Shown piece by piece: positions 12,601 to 24,173 of a DNA stretch of 64,000 nucleotides (position 1 is the stretch's first letter; the number at the start of each line of letters is the position of its first letter). The notes below the pieces were generated by a model that made no database searches, was not told where the DNA came from, and worked only from the letters and a program-made list of their open reading frames with translations. This DNA comes from Macrostomum hystrix (taxonomy: Eukaryota > Animalia > Platyhelminthes). The DNA lies in the NCBI GenBank assembly GCA_950097015.1, contig CATNEN010000003.1, positions 10,788,001-10,852,000 of the forward strand. The letters are read 5' to 3'. The translations under genes and the position numbers were made by a program.

Positions 12601-15411
12601 GAAGAATGTACACACGCCTCCAACCCCAATCCAGAATGTATGCACTCTCTACCCCAAACAAGAATGTACACAAGCCTTTCATACAAACCTAGAATGTACA
12701 CTCTCATCTCTGCTTTAAACGTACACGCTCTCCGCCCGCCACCCCACGCTTCAGCTGCACTCCGGCCTGTCCGTGAACCTAAACAGCCTTGTGGAAGGCG
12801 ACACAGTTGGCCTATTATTAGACGCCGAGCGTCGACTTCGCCTACTGGGACCGGACGGTCGGCCCAGCGAACCAATCGGTGACCCGGTTGGCATTAGGCC
12901 AGTCTATCCGGCTATTGACATCTACGGGCGTTGCAGCCAGGCCTCTATAATGATCCAGGATGCCAGCATAAGTGTGACTCAATGTGCAATTAATCAAACT
13001 GTGTCATCTGTTCCACCTGGATCGTCTATGACGTCACTAGCAGCCTGCTATCAGCGACGCCGATGCGAACGCTGGCTAGAACGATTGTCACTGCCGGCGG
13101 CGCTGTTGCGCAACAAATACGACAGTTGCGCCTGCCTAACATGCGCCAGGAACTGCGATGCTAACACCAAGTCTGCTGACGATGGCGCCGGTTGGACCCG
13201 GTTCGGATTGGCTGTGCCCAGATCCTCGCCTCATGTTGTATCTCAGCAGGTGAGACCTTGGGATAAATGTGTGTTCTAGATTGGGATTAGTGTGTGTTCT
13301 GAGTTGGGATTAGTTTGTGTTTTGAGTTGGGATTAGTGTGTGTTTTGAGTTGGGATTAGTGAGTGTTGAGTTGGGATTAGAGTGTGTTCTGAGTTGGGAT
13401 TAGTGTGTGTTCTGAGTTGGGATTAGTGAGTGTTCTGAGTTGGGATTAGTGAGTGTTCTGAGTTGGGATTAGTGAGTGTTCTGAGTTGGGATTAGTGTGT
13501 GTTCTGAGTTGGGATTCGTGTGTCTTCTGAGTTGGGATTAGTGAGTGTTCTGAGTTGGGATTAGTGTGTGTTCTAGATTGGGATTAGTGTGTGTTTTAGT
13601 TTGGGATTATTGTGTGTTTTAGTTTGGGATTAGTGTGTGTTCTGAGTTGGGATTAGTGTGTGTTCTGAGTTGGGATTAGTGAGTGTTCTGAGTTGGGATT
13701 AGTGTGTGTTCTGAGTTGGGATTAGTGTGTGTTCTGAGTTGGGATTAGTGTGTGTTCTGAGTTGGGATTAGTGAGTGTTCTGAGTTGGGATTAGTGAGTG
13801 TTCTGAGTTGGGATTAGTGAGTGTTCTGAGTTGGGATTAGTGTGTGTTCTGAGTTGGGATTAGTGTGTGTTCTGAGTTGGGATTAGTGTGTGTTCTGAGT
13901 TGGGATTAGTGTGTGTTCTGAGTTGGGATTCGTGTGTGTTCTGAGTTGGGATTAGTGTGTGTTCTGAGTTGGGATTAGTGTGTGTTCTGAGTTGGGATTA
14001 GTGTGTGTTCTAGATTGGGATTAGTGTGTGTTCTGAGTTGGGATTAGTGTGTGTTCTGAGTTGGGATTAGTGTGTGTTCTGAGTTGGGATTAGTGTGTGT
14101 TCTGAGTTGGGATTCGTGTGTGTTCTGAGTTGGGATTAGTGTGTGTTCTGAGTTGGGATTAGTGTGTGTTCTGAGTTGGGATTAGTGTGTGTTCTAGATT
14201 GGGATTAGTGTGTGTTCTGAGTTGGGATTAGTGTGTGTTCTGAGTTGGGGTTAGTGTGTGTTCTGAGTTGGGATTCGTGTGTGTTCTGAGTTGGGATTAG
14301 TGTGTGTTCTGAGTTGGGATTAGTGTGTGTTCTGAGTTGGGATTAGTGTGTGTTCTAGATTGGGATTAGTGTGTGTTCTGAGTTGGGATTCGTGTGTCTT
14401 CTGAGTTGGGATTAGTGAGTGTTCTGAGTTGGGATTAGTGTGTGTTCTAAATTGGGATTAGTGTGTGTTTTAGTTTGGGATTATTGTGTGTTTTAGTTTG
14501 GGATTAGTGTGTGTTCTGAGTTGGGATTAGTGTGTGTTCTGAGTTGGGATTAGTGAGTGTTCTGAGTTGGGATTAGTGTGTGTTCTGAGTTGGGATTAGT
14601 GTGTGTTCTGAGTTGGGATTAGTGAGTGTTTTGAGTTGGGATTAGTGAGTGTTTTGAGTTGGGATTAGTGAGTGTTTTGAGTTGGGATTAGTGAGTGTTT
14701 TGAGTTGGGATTAGTGAGTGTTTTGAGTTGGGATTAGTGAGTGTTTTGAGTTGGGATTAGTGTGTGTTCTGAGTTGGGATTAGTGAGTGTTTTGAGTTGG
14801 GATTAGTGTTTGCAAGCCCTCACCGCATCTGTCACCATCAGCTCACCCGCTGGGTGCTCGCCTACTTGCCGGTCCCAATCAGCCAGTTGCGCTGCCTCCT
14901 TGACTCGCCCGACCCTGTCCTGTTGAACCTGGCCTCCAATCGTCAGTCAACATTGCCGTCAAATATCGTCAGCCCCGACTGCCCTGCCTTTGGCGACTCT
15001 GAAGCCGAAGAAGGCTTCGTTGAAGGTGACGAATCGTCCGTTGTCAAGCATCAGCTAGTTGTGTTCGCCTCCGCTGAACTGGCCGCCAATCAGCCTAGCC
15101 GTGCCGATCGCCTGCTCCGCTATCGTCGCCATAGCAACGCAGACGGCGAAGATGAGGAGGACGACAATAGCGGCGAAGGCGACAGCGAATCAGACGATTT
15201 GAACGCCAGTCGGCAAGTAGGCGAAGTGCTAGTCGAAGTGCGCCTCTGTCCTGGCGCTTTCTCGGCAGCCAGTTTAGAGAATCGGGGCTCCGGTCAGCAG
15301 CCGCGGCAGCAACAGCAGCATCAGCAGCAGCAAATCTTTGTTACTAAAGAACTGGGCGCTGTACTGTGCACAGGCCTTTTATTTAGACCTTGTCCGATCG
15401 GAACCGACTGA
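3667..15411 (+). CDS. NEURL4: Neuralized-like protein 4 (multiple NHR domains plus C-terminal ART-like region); coding exons 3667-5034, 6642-7043, 7655-7953, 8627-9392, 10779-11891, 12755-13249, 14842-15411
   Basis: Repeated NHR motifs (EFNNALVFSHRPL...WSGSIEMGVT; EFNNGVVVSSRPL...WSGSIEVGIT; EFNDAVCLSARPL...WSGSLEAGV; AIVDLYG). C-terminal GWTRF...VTKELGA..L matches the remembered NEURL4 architecture. All introns are GT-AG with compatible phases. Confidence 0.9.
5050..6590. repeat. Intronic minisatellite, 32-bp unit (13+19-bp subunits), ending in pure 19-mers
   Basis: CTGACACCCTATC + CTGACACARCTAYAGTCTM repeated through NEURL4 intron 1. Confidence 0.95.
7990..8560. repeat. Intronic minisatellite, 19-bp unit
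   Basis: GGGTGAGATTAGAGTGGCA tandem copies in NEURL4 intron 3. Confidence 0.93.
9500..10699. repeat. Intronic minisatellite, 21-bp unit
   Basis: GAGACTGAG(A/G)TTAGAGAGGGT tandem copies in NEURL4 intron 4; last ~20 copies identical. Confidence 0.96.
11995..12705. repeat. Degenerate ~30-bp minisatellite interrupted by a SINE
   Basis: CCAGAATGTACACACGCCTCCACCCCAA-like units on both sides of 12107-12472. Confidence 0.75.
12107..12472 (-). mobile_element. tRNA-derived SINE with (ATT)n tail, copy 1
   Basis: Minus strand starts GGGGTCGGTGGCAGAGCG (A-box-like), has AGTTCGATTCC (B-box-like) and ends in (ATT)n. A homologous diverged copy lies at 51603-51927. Confidence 0.8.
13255..14810. repeat. Intronic minisatellite, 23-bp unit
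   Basis: GAGTTGGGATTAGTG(T/A)GTGTTCT tandem copies filling NEURL4 intron 6. Confidence 0.96.
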
Positions 15412-15649
15412 TTAATCAATTACTTTTTGTAAAGACAAATTAATTCCTCTTCTATTATTTAAATATGTTTCTAAAAGTTAACTTAACATGGTTGTCGCTT
15501 GAAACGCTCTTTTCGCAGAAGAGCATTGTTAAGGAATTCCTCATCTACTGTTTTTATGGCTTTCACAAATTTCAAGCTAATGTAACACCTGCCCTAAAAA
15601 CACTTTCCCTGGTCCAACCCAACCACCTACTCAAATCATTCAATTTAGG

Positions 15650-15955
15650 AACTCCCAAATCTTGTCTTCGAATGTACTCACACTACTAAAATCTCTTACC
15701 CCAATGTACGCACCCAACTGAAATTATTTACCCCCAATGTACTCACTTAACTGAAATCTCTTTCTCCAATGTACTCGCCCAACTGAAATCTCTTACCCCA
15801 ATGTACGCACCCAACTGAAATCTCTTACCCCCAATGTAGATACCCAACTAAAATTTCTTTCTCCAATGTACACACCCAGCTGAAATCTCTTACCCCCAAT
15901 GTACACACCCAGCTGAAATCTCTTACCCCCAATGTACGCACCCAACTGAAATCAC
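15650..15955. repeat. ~32-bp minisatellite downstream of NEURL4
   Basis: ACTGAAATCTCTTACCCCCAATGTACGCACCCA-like units, about 9 copies. Confidence 0.85.
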
Positions 15956-16904
15956 CCGGCGTACGCACGCTCTAGCACAATATATCCCTAAATGTACACA
16001 GGTCTTATCAAACAACCTCCGCAAAATACCCAAGCCCCCTGTATTCTATAAGATCCTACTGACACACTATACATTGCTATTAGTAGCAAGTTCAGAACAT
16101 GTCGCATTTTGCAAATATGTTTCATTTCCAACAGATTTTTAATGAATTTCAGCTCGTTTTTTGTAATTATTATCCAGTTAAGCAACATTTTAAATGTACG
16201 AGTTTAATCTAAGTAGATAGATTTCAGATTGACTTAACAGTCCGTTTAGAATCAACACTGCAGTTATTGTTGGTTTAATTTCCTTGATGCACCTCTGCGC
16301 CCAAATATCCTGCTCTATTTTGATATTGACTAAATACTAAGTTTATATGTAGTGACGCAATTTTTAAGGAACATAGTAATGTAGAGTTAAATAGAGTTAT
16401 ACCGTTTTACACTGCTGATGCTACTGCTAGTAATAGTGACCAAGACATTGTGTTGTGCATGTTCAATATTTTTATCCTCTTTATCCTTAGATCTGAAAAT
16501 TCTGAGTTTGTGTTAGTAAAAATAATTTTTAACTTAAATGTTTTATTTTTTTATAGTTAATTCATGCGCTACTTAACTACTAATAGTAGGTTAGCAATGA
16601 CAGCTGCTTCTGAAAATGCTTCTGAAAATGACTTCAATATTTCCAGCGCTTTCTAGTTAGTGCAGGTGCAAGTGTTTTGTTTTGTATTGGTATATTATCG
16701 GACTATTAGTAAAAATATAAATAGTGTTCTCTATTTGTATAATAAATTAAGAGTGTTGAGTTTTCCGCTTTCAGTTTTCCATTTTTGCTTTCGTTTTTCT
16801 ACGACAGGTAAATGCTCCGGTTAATTAGTCTAATTACGGGTCTTATTGTTTTTATTTAAAAATCGACGAAATTTGGCTTTAGCTAAGGTTGTTCATTTTA
16901 TTAA

Positions 16905-17182
16905 AGAGTGGGCTTAGTAGAGGAGTCGGGTAAGCGGAGGTATGAGATTTACCGAGGAATAAGATTGGTGAAAGTAGTGGGGTGGGTCGAGGAAAGAGGT
17001 TGGTGCAGGAGGGGGTGGTGGAGGAGTGGGGTTGGTATAGCGGAGGAGAGGGGTTGGCGGAGGAGTGAGGTTGGTGGAGTAGTGGGGTAGGTGGAGGAGT
17101 GGGGTTGGTGGAGTAGTGGGGTTGGTGGAGGAGTGGGGTTGGTATGGCAGGGGAGAGGGGTTGGCGGAGGAGTGGGGTTGGC
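16905..17182. repeat. G-rich degenerate ~19-bp repeat
   Basis: GGTGGAGGAGTGGGGTT-like units. Confidence 0.7.
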
Positions 17183-17600
17183 TGTGAAGTTTGTTTTACT
17201 GACGTTTATTTGCCGAGAAATGAAATTGATGGATGTGTTATGTCGGCTTATGAAATGAGTTTTTTCGTGGAGTTTGGTGTTGCTGTTAGTGATATTGGCA
17301 GAGGGTTGGTACAAATTTATAGTTTCCATTTACGTGACTATAAATAAAGATTTTTAAACAACCAAAATCTGCCGTGTTTATAAAGCGTGCTACACAATGA
17401 CTGTTTTATTATTTAGTATTGAAGTCCTAAATTTGTCTAAATATAATTGTATTATAATGTGAAGCAAGCAGTGGGATAACAAAAGATTATCGCATTCAAC
17501 TTTGATTACATTTAATTACTATTATCATTTACTGGAATTATTTTTATGAGAGCATTGTACTTGAGAGATAATTAACTTCATGAAACCAGTATTTGTCATT

Positions 17601-20600
17601 TCACATCGGCGGTCTATTGACTAACTCCAGACCAAAGTGGGTGACTTTTTCAAACGAGTTGATTTGACAACTTGTGCTACTAATGCAGCGGAATTGTACC
17701 TTGTCTTCATTGGCTCTCAGGTACCTGACCGCTGTGGTGAAGCATCGGCTGTATGTGCTGACGCCGCTTTTCTTCGCGATACTTCGGCCGTAGCACTGAG
17801 CCCAAACGTCGTTGTTCACGAGAATTTCAAATTGGGTGCTCTGGGATCTGAATGTTACCTGAATCATTTTAGAGGTGGGTGACTGGATGGATGGCTGAGA
17901 TGGATGACTGGATGGATGGTTGGAGTGAGGTGGGTGACTGGATGGATGGCTGAGATAGATGGATGGCTGAGATGGATGACTGGATGGATGGTTGGAGTGA
18001 GGTGGGTGACTGGATGGATGGCTGAGATAGATGGATGGCTGAGATGGATGACTGGATGGATGGTTGGAGTGAGGTGGGTGACTGGATGGATGGCTGAGAT
18101 AGATGGATGGCTGAGATGGATGACTGGATGGATGGCTGAGATGGATGACTGAATGGATGGTTGGAGTGAGGTGGGTGACTGGATGGATGGCTGAGATGGA
18201 TGACTGGATGGATGGCTGGAGTGAGGTGGGTGACTGGATGGATGGCTGAGATAGATGGATGGCTGAGATGAATGACTGGATGGATGGCTGAGATGGATGG
18301 ATGGCTGAGATGAATGACTGGATGGATGGCTGAGATAGATGGATGGCTGAGATGAATGACTGGATGGATGGCTGAGATGGATGACTGGATGGATGGTTGG
18401 AGTGAGGTGGGTGACTGGATGGATGGCTGAGATGGATGACTGAATGGATGGTTGGAGTGAGGTGGGTGACTGGATGGATGGCTGAGATGGATGACTGGAT
18501 GGATGGCTGGAGTGAGGTGGGTGACTGGATGGATGGCTGAGATAGATGGATGGCTGAGATGAATGACTGGATGGATGGCTGAGATGGATGGATGGCTGAG
18601 ATGAATGACTGGATGGATGGCTGAGATAGATGGATGGCTGAGATGAATGACTGGATGGATGGCTGAGATGGATGACTGGATGGATGGTTGGAGTGAGGTG
18701 GGTGACTGGATGGATGGCTGAGATGGATGACTGAATGGATGGTTGGAGTGAGGTGGGTGACTGGATGGATGGCTGAGATGGATGACTGGATGGATGGCTG
18801 GAGTGAGGTGGGTGACTGGATGGATGGCTGAGATGGATGGATGGCTGAGATGAATGACTGGATGGATGGCTGAGATAGATGGATGGCTGAGATGAATGAC
18901 TGGATGGATGGCTGAGATGGATGACTGGATGGATGGTTGGAGTGAGGTGGGTGACTGGATGGATGGCTGAGATGGATGACTGAATGGATGGCTGGAGTGA
19001 GGTGGGTGACTGGATGGATGGCTGAGATAGATGACTGAATGGATGGCTGGAGTGAGGTGGGTGACTGGATGGATGGCTGGAGTGAGGTGGGTGACTGGAT
19101 GGATGGCTGAGATAGATGACTGAATGGATGGCTGGAGTGAGGTGGATGACTGGATGGATGGCTGGAGTTAGGTGGGTGACTAAATGAACCGCTGGAGTGA
19201 GGTGGGTGACTGGATGAACCGCTGGAGTGAGGTGGGTGACTGGATGAACCGCTGGAGTGAGGTGAGTGACTGGATGAACTGCTTGAGTGAGGTGGGTGAC
19301 TGGATGGCTGGATGGGTGAGGTGTTGTTGAAAAGATTGAGTAAATAAAACAATCGATCATCTTTTTAAGACTGATCTTGACTGTCAAAACTTAAGCATGC
19401 GAATTCTCACCATCATGCTGATTCTGTAGTACCCGTTTTTTAGAACCCCGATTTGATGCTCAGAATGGCCATTCAATAGTTTAAAAATTGGGCTGCCGAT
19501 GTCTTGCTTGCAGTGGGCCGAATTTTTTGACCACGAACTACAGACAAGTGGACCGATGGCACCTGTGTGAGTTGGTTGTGACTTCTATGTATAACAGGTG
19601 ACTTTCACGTATAAACATGTGACTTTCACGTACAACATGTGACTTTCACGTATAACATGTGACTTTTATGTGTAACAGGTGATGTTCCTGTCTAACAGGG
19701 GACTTTCATGTCTAACAGGTGATGTTCCTGTCCAACAGGTGACTTTCATGTCTAACAGGTGACTGTTTAGTTTAACAGGTGAATGTTTTGTCTAAGTGGT
19801 GATGTTTCTGTCTAACAGGTGACTGTTTAGTCTAACAGGTGACTCTTTTGTCTAACAGGTGACTGTTTTGTCTAACAGGTGACTGTTTTGTCTAATAGGT
19901 GACTGTTTTGTCTAACAGGTGACTGTTTTGTCTAACAGGTGACTGTTTTGTCTAACAGGTGACTGTTTTGTCTAACGTGACTGTTTATGTCTAAGGGTGA
20001 TGTTCCTGTCTAACAGGTGATGTTCCTGTCCAACAGGTGACTGTCATGTCTAACAGGTGATGTTCCTGTCCAACAGGTGACTTTCATGTCTAACAGGTGA
20101 TGTTCCTGTCCAACAGGTGACTTTCATGTCTAACAGGTGACTGTTTAGTTTAACAGGTGACTGTTTTGTCTAACAGGTGACTGTTTTGTCTAACAGGTGA
20201 CTGTTTTGTCTAACAGGTGACTGTTTTGTCTAACAGGTGACTGTTTTGTCTAACAGCTGACTGTTTTGTCTAACGTGACTGTTTATGTCTAAGGGTGATG
20301 TTCCTGTCTAACAGGTGATGTTCCTGTCTAACAGGTGACTGTTTTGTCTAACAGGTGATGTTCCTTCCAACAGGTGACTTTCATGTCTAACAGGTGACTG
20401 TTTAGTGTAACAGGTGACTGTATTGTCTAACAGGTGACTGTTTTGTCTAACAGGTGAATGTTTTGTCTAACGTGACTGTTTCTGTCTAACGGGTGATGTT
20501 CCTGTCCAACAGGTAACTTTTATGTCTAACAGGTGATGTTCCTGTCCAACAGGTAACTTTCATGTCTAACAGGTGATGTTCCTGTCCAACAGGTGACTAT

Positions 20601-22138
20601 TTCTGTAAACATGTAAATTTCCTGTCTAGAACACAACTGTTATACAGGTGACTGTCCTATATAAAATATGGCTCTTTACTAGCTGCGAATTTCCTTTTTG
20701 AACAAAGTTGTCTTTTTAGAAATCGAAATTTAGAAGGCATGCAGAAGATTTTCAGCAAATTAAAACAAACCGGAAGGTGTTGCCTTAGTTGCTTAGAGAT
20801 TAACATCTCTTTATAAAGCTGAAGTCTTTAGGTCTTAAGAGCTGAACTTCGTTTTCAACAAATAACATTTTAGTCAATTTGGTAGTACATCAATATTTTA
20901 ACTGTACAGAATTCATGTACAAATCAGTGTAAAAATTGCATGTTTGATGCAAAACTCACTTCCGTTATTGACGCTCAATGTCTTCTCATTGTGACAGTTG
21001 CTACCGCGGTCAGAACACGACTTGGCAGTTCCGATCGATAAACTCAACCAGGCCTGCAAGTTAGTCACTTAGATATGTCTGCTCAGTATGTCTGCTTGAT
21101 TATTGTCTGATGAGAATAGCACCTAGAATAGCTGGATGTCATCGATATGTTCCAGGACATGTCTTACAGATGCTGTTAGCACGGTCACTCACTCACTCAC
21201 TCACTCACACCCTCACTCAGTCAGTCACTCACTCACTCACACCCTCACTCAGTCAGTCACTCACTCACTCACACCCTCACTCAGTCAGTCACTCACTCAC
21301 TCACTCACACCCTCACTCACTCACTCACTCACTCACTCACTCACTCACTCACTCACACCCTCACTCAGTCAGTCACTCACTCACTCACACCCTCACTTAC
21401 TCAGTCACTCACTCACTCACTCACTCACTCACTCACTCACTCACTCACTCAGTCACTAACTCACTCACTCAGTCACTCAGTCAGTCACTCACTCACTCAC
21501 TAACTCACTCACTCAGTCACTCAGTCACTCACTCACTCACTAACTCACTCACTCAGTCACTCAGTCACTCACTCACTCACTCCTAACATTACATAACCAA
21601 AAATTACTCCTTGCCCAGTTTGCATACAATGATTCACGGTCCACGGACCTAGCCACGATGTGCAGCCAGTCCGTGGCCTTTGAGGCCTCTACACTCACCC
21701 AAATGCTGGTAGGATGTTTACAGCTCAATAAGAAACAACTGAATCAATGCAGAGCTCATTGGGTTGCTAAATTTACACTCATTGTACTCGTAACAGTGGG
21801 TCGGGAATCGAACCCCGGATCGTCAAGTCGTTAGTCAGAGGCTCTAACCACTGGGCTAGAGCTGCTGTTCTATTCGTTAAGTTCCTACCCCTTCTTCTTA
21901 CATCTAAATCTGATGCCGCCTCCGAGTGGAAAAAATGATTGGAATAGATGGCCAGAATTGCCGTCACAGCTAGCAGGTTGATCATAAACACGGCGCAGGA
22001 CAGGGTGCTAATTATAGTCAGCTGACGGCGCACTTCAACGGTGCTGGCACCGCTGCGTCGTGAACTCGCCGATCGTCGAGAAATTGTAACGCTACTCTGA
22101 GAAGCTATACTCTGCTTCTTGGTGTACTTTCGCTGCTT

Positions 22139-22174
<36 letters not shown>

Positions 22175-22402
22175 CTGCTGCTCAAGCTGCTGCTGACGTC
22201 TAGAAGACCAGAAAGAAGACCTTATTGAGCTTCTTGTAGATGGAACCGGCTTATTTTTTTTAAAGCGTCCATCGGTCATGATGCCGCGGAGAGGTCGGCA
22301 TGGCGGCTGCTGCTGCTGCTGCTGCTCGCAGTTGCTCGAAATTAACACCACAGTGTGGTACTCGTTATCTGGCTCATCGCTGAAGGTCACAGCGGAGGAC
22401 AT
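17601..22402 (-). CDS. Type II membrane protein with TNF-superfamily-ligand-like C-terminal domain, paralog A (~334 aa); exons 22402-21902, 21053-20960, 19562-19411, 17858-17601
   Basis: Exons join in frame with GT-AG introns (phases 0, 1, 0). Single TM helix LTIISTLSCAVFMINLLAVTAILAIY. Spliced ectodomain has IGVLKNGYYRISMM|VTF (TNF signature LxVxxxGxYxxxxxVxF), CFTTAVRYLRANEDKV and terminal THFGL. Confidence 0.75.
17872..19320. repeat. Complex (GGAT)n-based intronic satellite
   Basis: GGATGGATGGCTGAGAT / GGAGTGAGGTGGGTGACT modules filling the last intron of TNF-like A. Confidence 0.93.
19575..20655. repeat. Intronic minisatellite, 20-bp unit
   Basis: AACAGGTGACTGTTTTGTCT tandem copies. Confidence 0.95.
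21185..21582. repeat. (ACTC)n microsatellite
   Basis: Visible directly; lies in intron 1 of TNF-like A. Confidence 0.97.
21600..21865 (-). mobile_element. tRNA(Val)-like SINE head and probable body
   Basis: Minus strand TAGCCCAGTGG (A box)...CTAACGA...GGTTCGATTCC (B box); head similar to 47752-47815. The 3' boundary is uncertain. Confidence 0.6.
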
Positions 22403-22747
22403 TGCGATGCCAATTAATTTTTCAAAGGCTTTGAAAAGGGCTTTGATTTTCTGTACTAAACGTCATTGATGCGAAGGCCTTAGGCTTTTAAATTAAATTT
22501 CGCGTTTTAAACGAAAAGTCAGCCAAACGGATTTCATTGGCTAATGTTGTCTCTTTACAAATAGATTTCACTCCCAGCCGATGCAGTGCCAACTACCTAC
22601 TTTCAGTAGGATGCTGGGTACGTAGCAAGTAAAAGCTTTTTTCAATTTAGCGAACATAAAACATAGCTAATCTAAAAAGCTGTGCTAACGAAAGCAGCAT
22701 TCCATTTGAAGAAAACCCATAGAACTGGGGTAAATTAGAGAGTTATT

Positions 22748-23130
22748 GAGTGAGTGAGTGAGTGAGTGAGTGAGTGAGTGAGTGAGTGAGTGAGTGAGTG
22801 AGTGAGTGAGTGAGTGAGTGAGTGAGTGAGTGAGTAAGTGAGTGAGAGAGTGAGTGAGTGAGTGAGTGAGTGAGTGAGTGAGTGAGTGAGTGAGTGAGTG
22901 AGTGAGTGAGTGAGTGAGTGAGTGAGTAAGTAAGTGAGTGAGTAAGTAAGTGAGTGAGAGAGTGAGTGAGTGAGTGAGTGAGTGAGTGAGTGAGTGAGTG
23001 AGTGAGTGAGTGAGTGAGTGAGTGAGTGAGTGAGTGAGTGAGTGAGTGAGTGAGTGAGTGAGTGATTGAGTGATTGAGTGAGTGAGTGAGTGAGTGAGTG
23101 AGTGAGTGAGTGAGTGAGTGAGTGAGTGAG
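22748..23130. repeat. (GAGT)n microsatellite
   Basis: Visible directly; opposite orientation to the two neighbouring (ACTC)n arrays. Confidence 0.97.
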
Positions 23131-24173
23131 GGAGGTTGCTACAGTTCACACACAGAGAGAATCTGTAAGACATGTACTGGAACATATCGATGGCATTCTG
23201 TAATGCTAGGCCCCACTCTCTAACAGACCACGAGCAAATCCAAGTGTTACTTGGATTCCAATCTTTTCTGGAAATGCTAGCTTTTCTAAGAGATTCATCA
23301 GAGTGTCTGGGCTACAGGTATTGCCCTTGTATTAGGAAAAAAGACTTTAAATTATTGACTGACAAGATTTAAGCCACCTTTGAGGTCAACTCAAGTTACA
23401 ACAAGCACGTACACTCAAATACTTTCTCTATTCAGATGAATTTGTTTTAATTCAAGTATAATAAAAGCCATTTACGTTCAGGAATGAAAAAAATAGTGAC
23501 AGTGACAGTTTGTCGAGTTTTTAATAACTTTTTTTATTCTAAACTTTAAGTTAAGTAAACAAAATTAATGGATCGATGAAAATGATTTCAGGGCAACAGA
23601 GACACATGACCCGAGATGACAAATTATTGTTAACTCTGGGTTAGAAAAAAATTAATGGCAATTTTGGAGGCGAAAATGGTCTGATTTGCACACACGGATT
23701 CTCTAGCTACCCATTTACACTCTCTGCGCTCCTATTGGCTGAGACTCAAATATTCAAGTTAAGCAATGTACATTGCGTGTCCGCAAAATAGCCCATGGGC
23801 TGTGTGAATGTGGGGTGGTGGGTCTACAGGCTTTTCCGTGCGGCCAACTTATCGTATGTACATCTGGGACAGATAAGGAAGGAATCTATGGTAAACACGA
23901 GCAAAACAGTATGAACTTCTTTCTCTACAAAGGAAGATGCATTCCAGTGGGCGATGTTAAAACAAGGAAAGGGTTCAGGAACACTTTACAGCTAGTGTTT
24001 AGATTCCACGATAAACACAGAACTGGTAATTGGAAAGACAGTATGAGAGGCACTTAAAAGTATAATTTCACGAAATTAATTAGTATTCACAATTCTATAA
24101 CAACTACAATGAAATTTATGAATAATACTCGCAAGCAACACTAAACAACCGAACGGTTGAGTTTATAGATAAG

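Noticed and set aside
21779-21901. Furin-like RRRGR after the TM helix of TNF-like A
   Set aside because: Lies past the GTAAGA donor at 21901. The alternative phase-1 donor gives a stop in the next exon, and the rest of the ORF is a SINE head.
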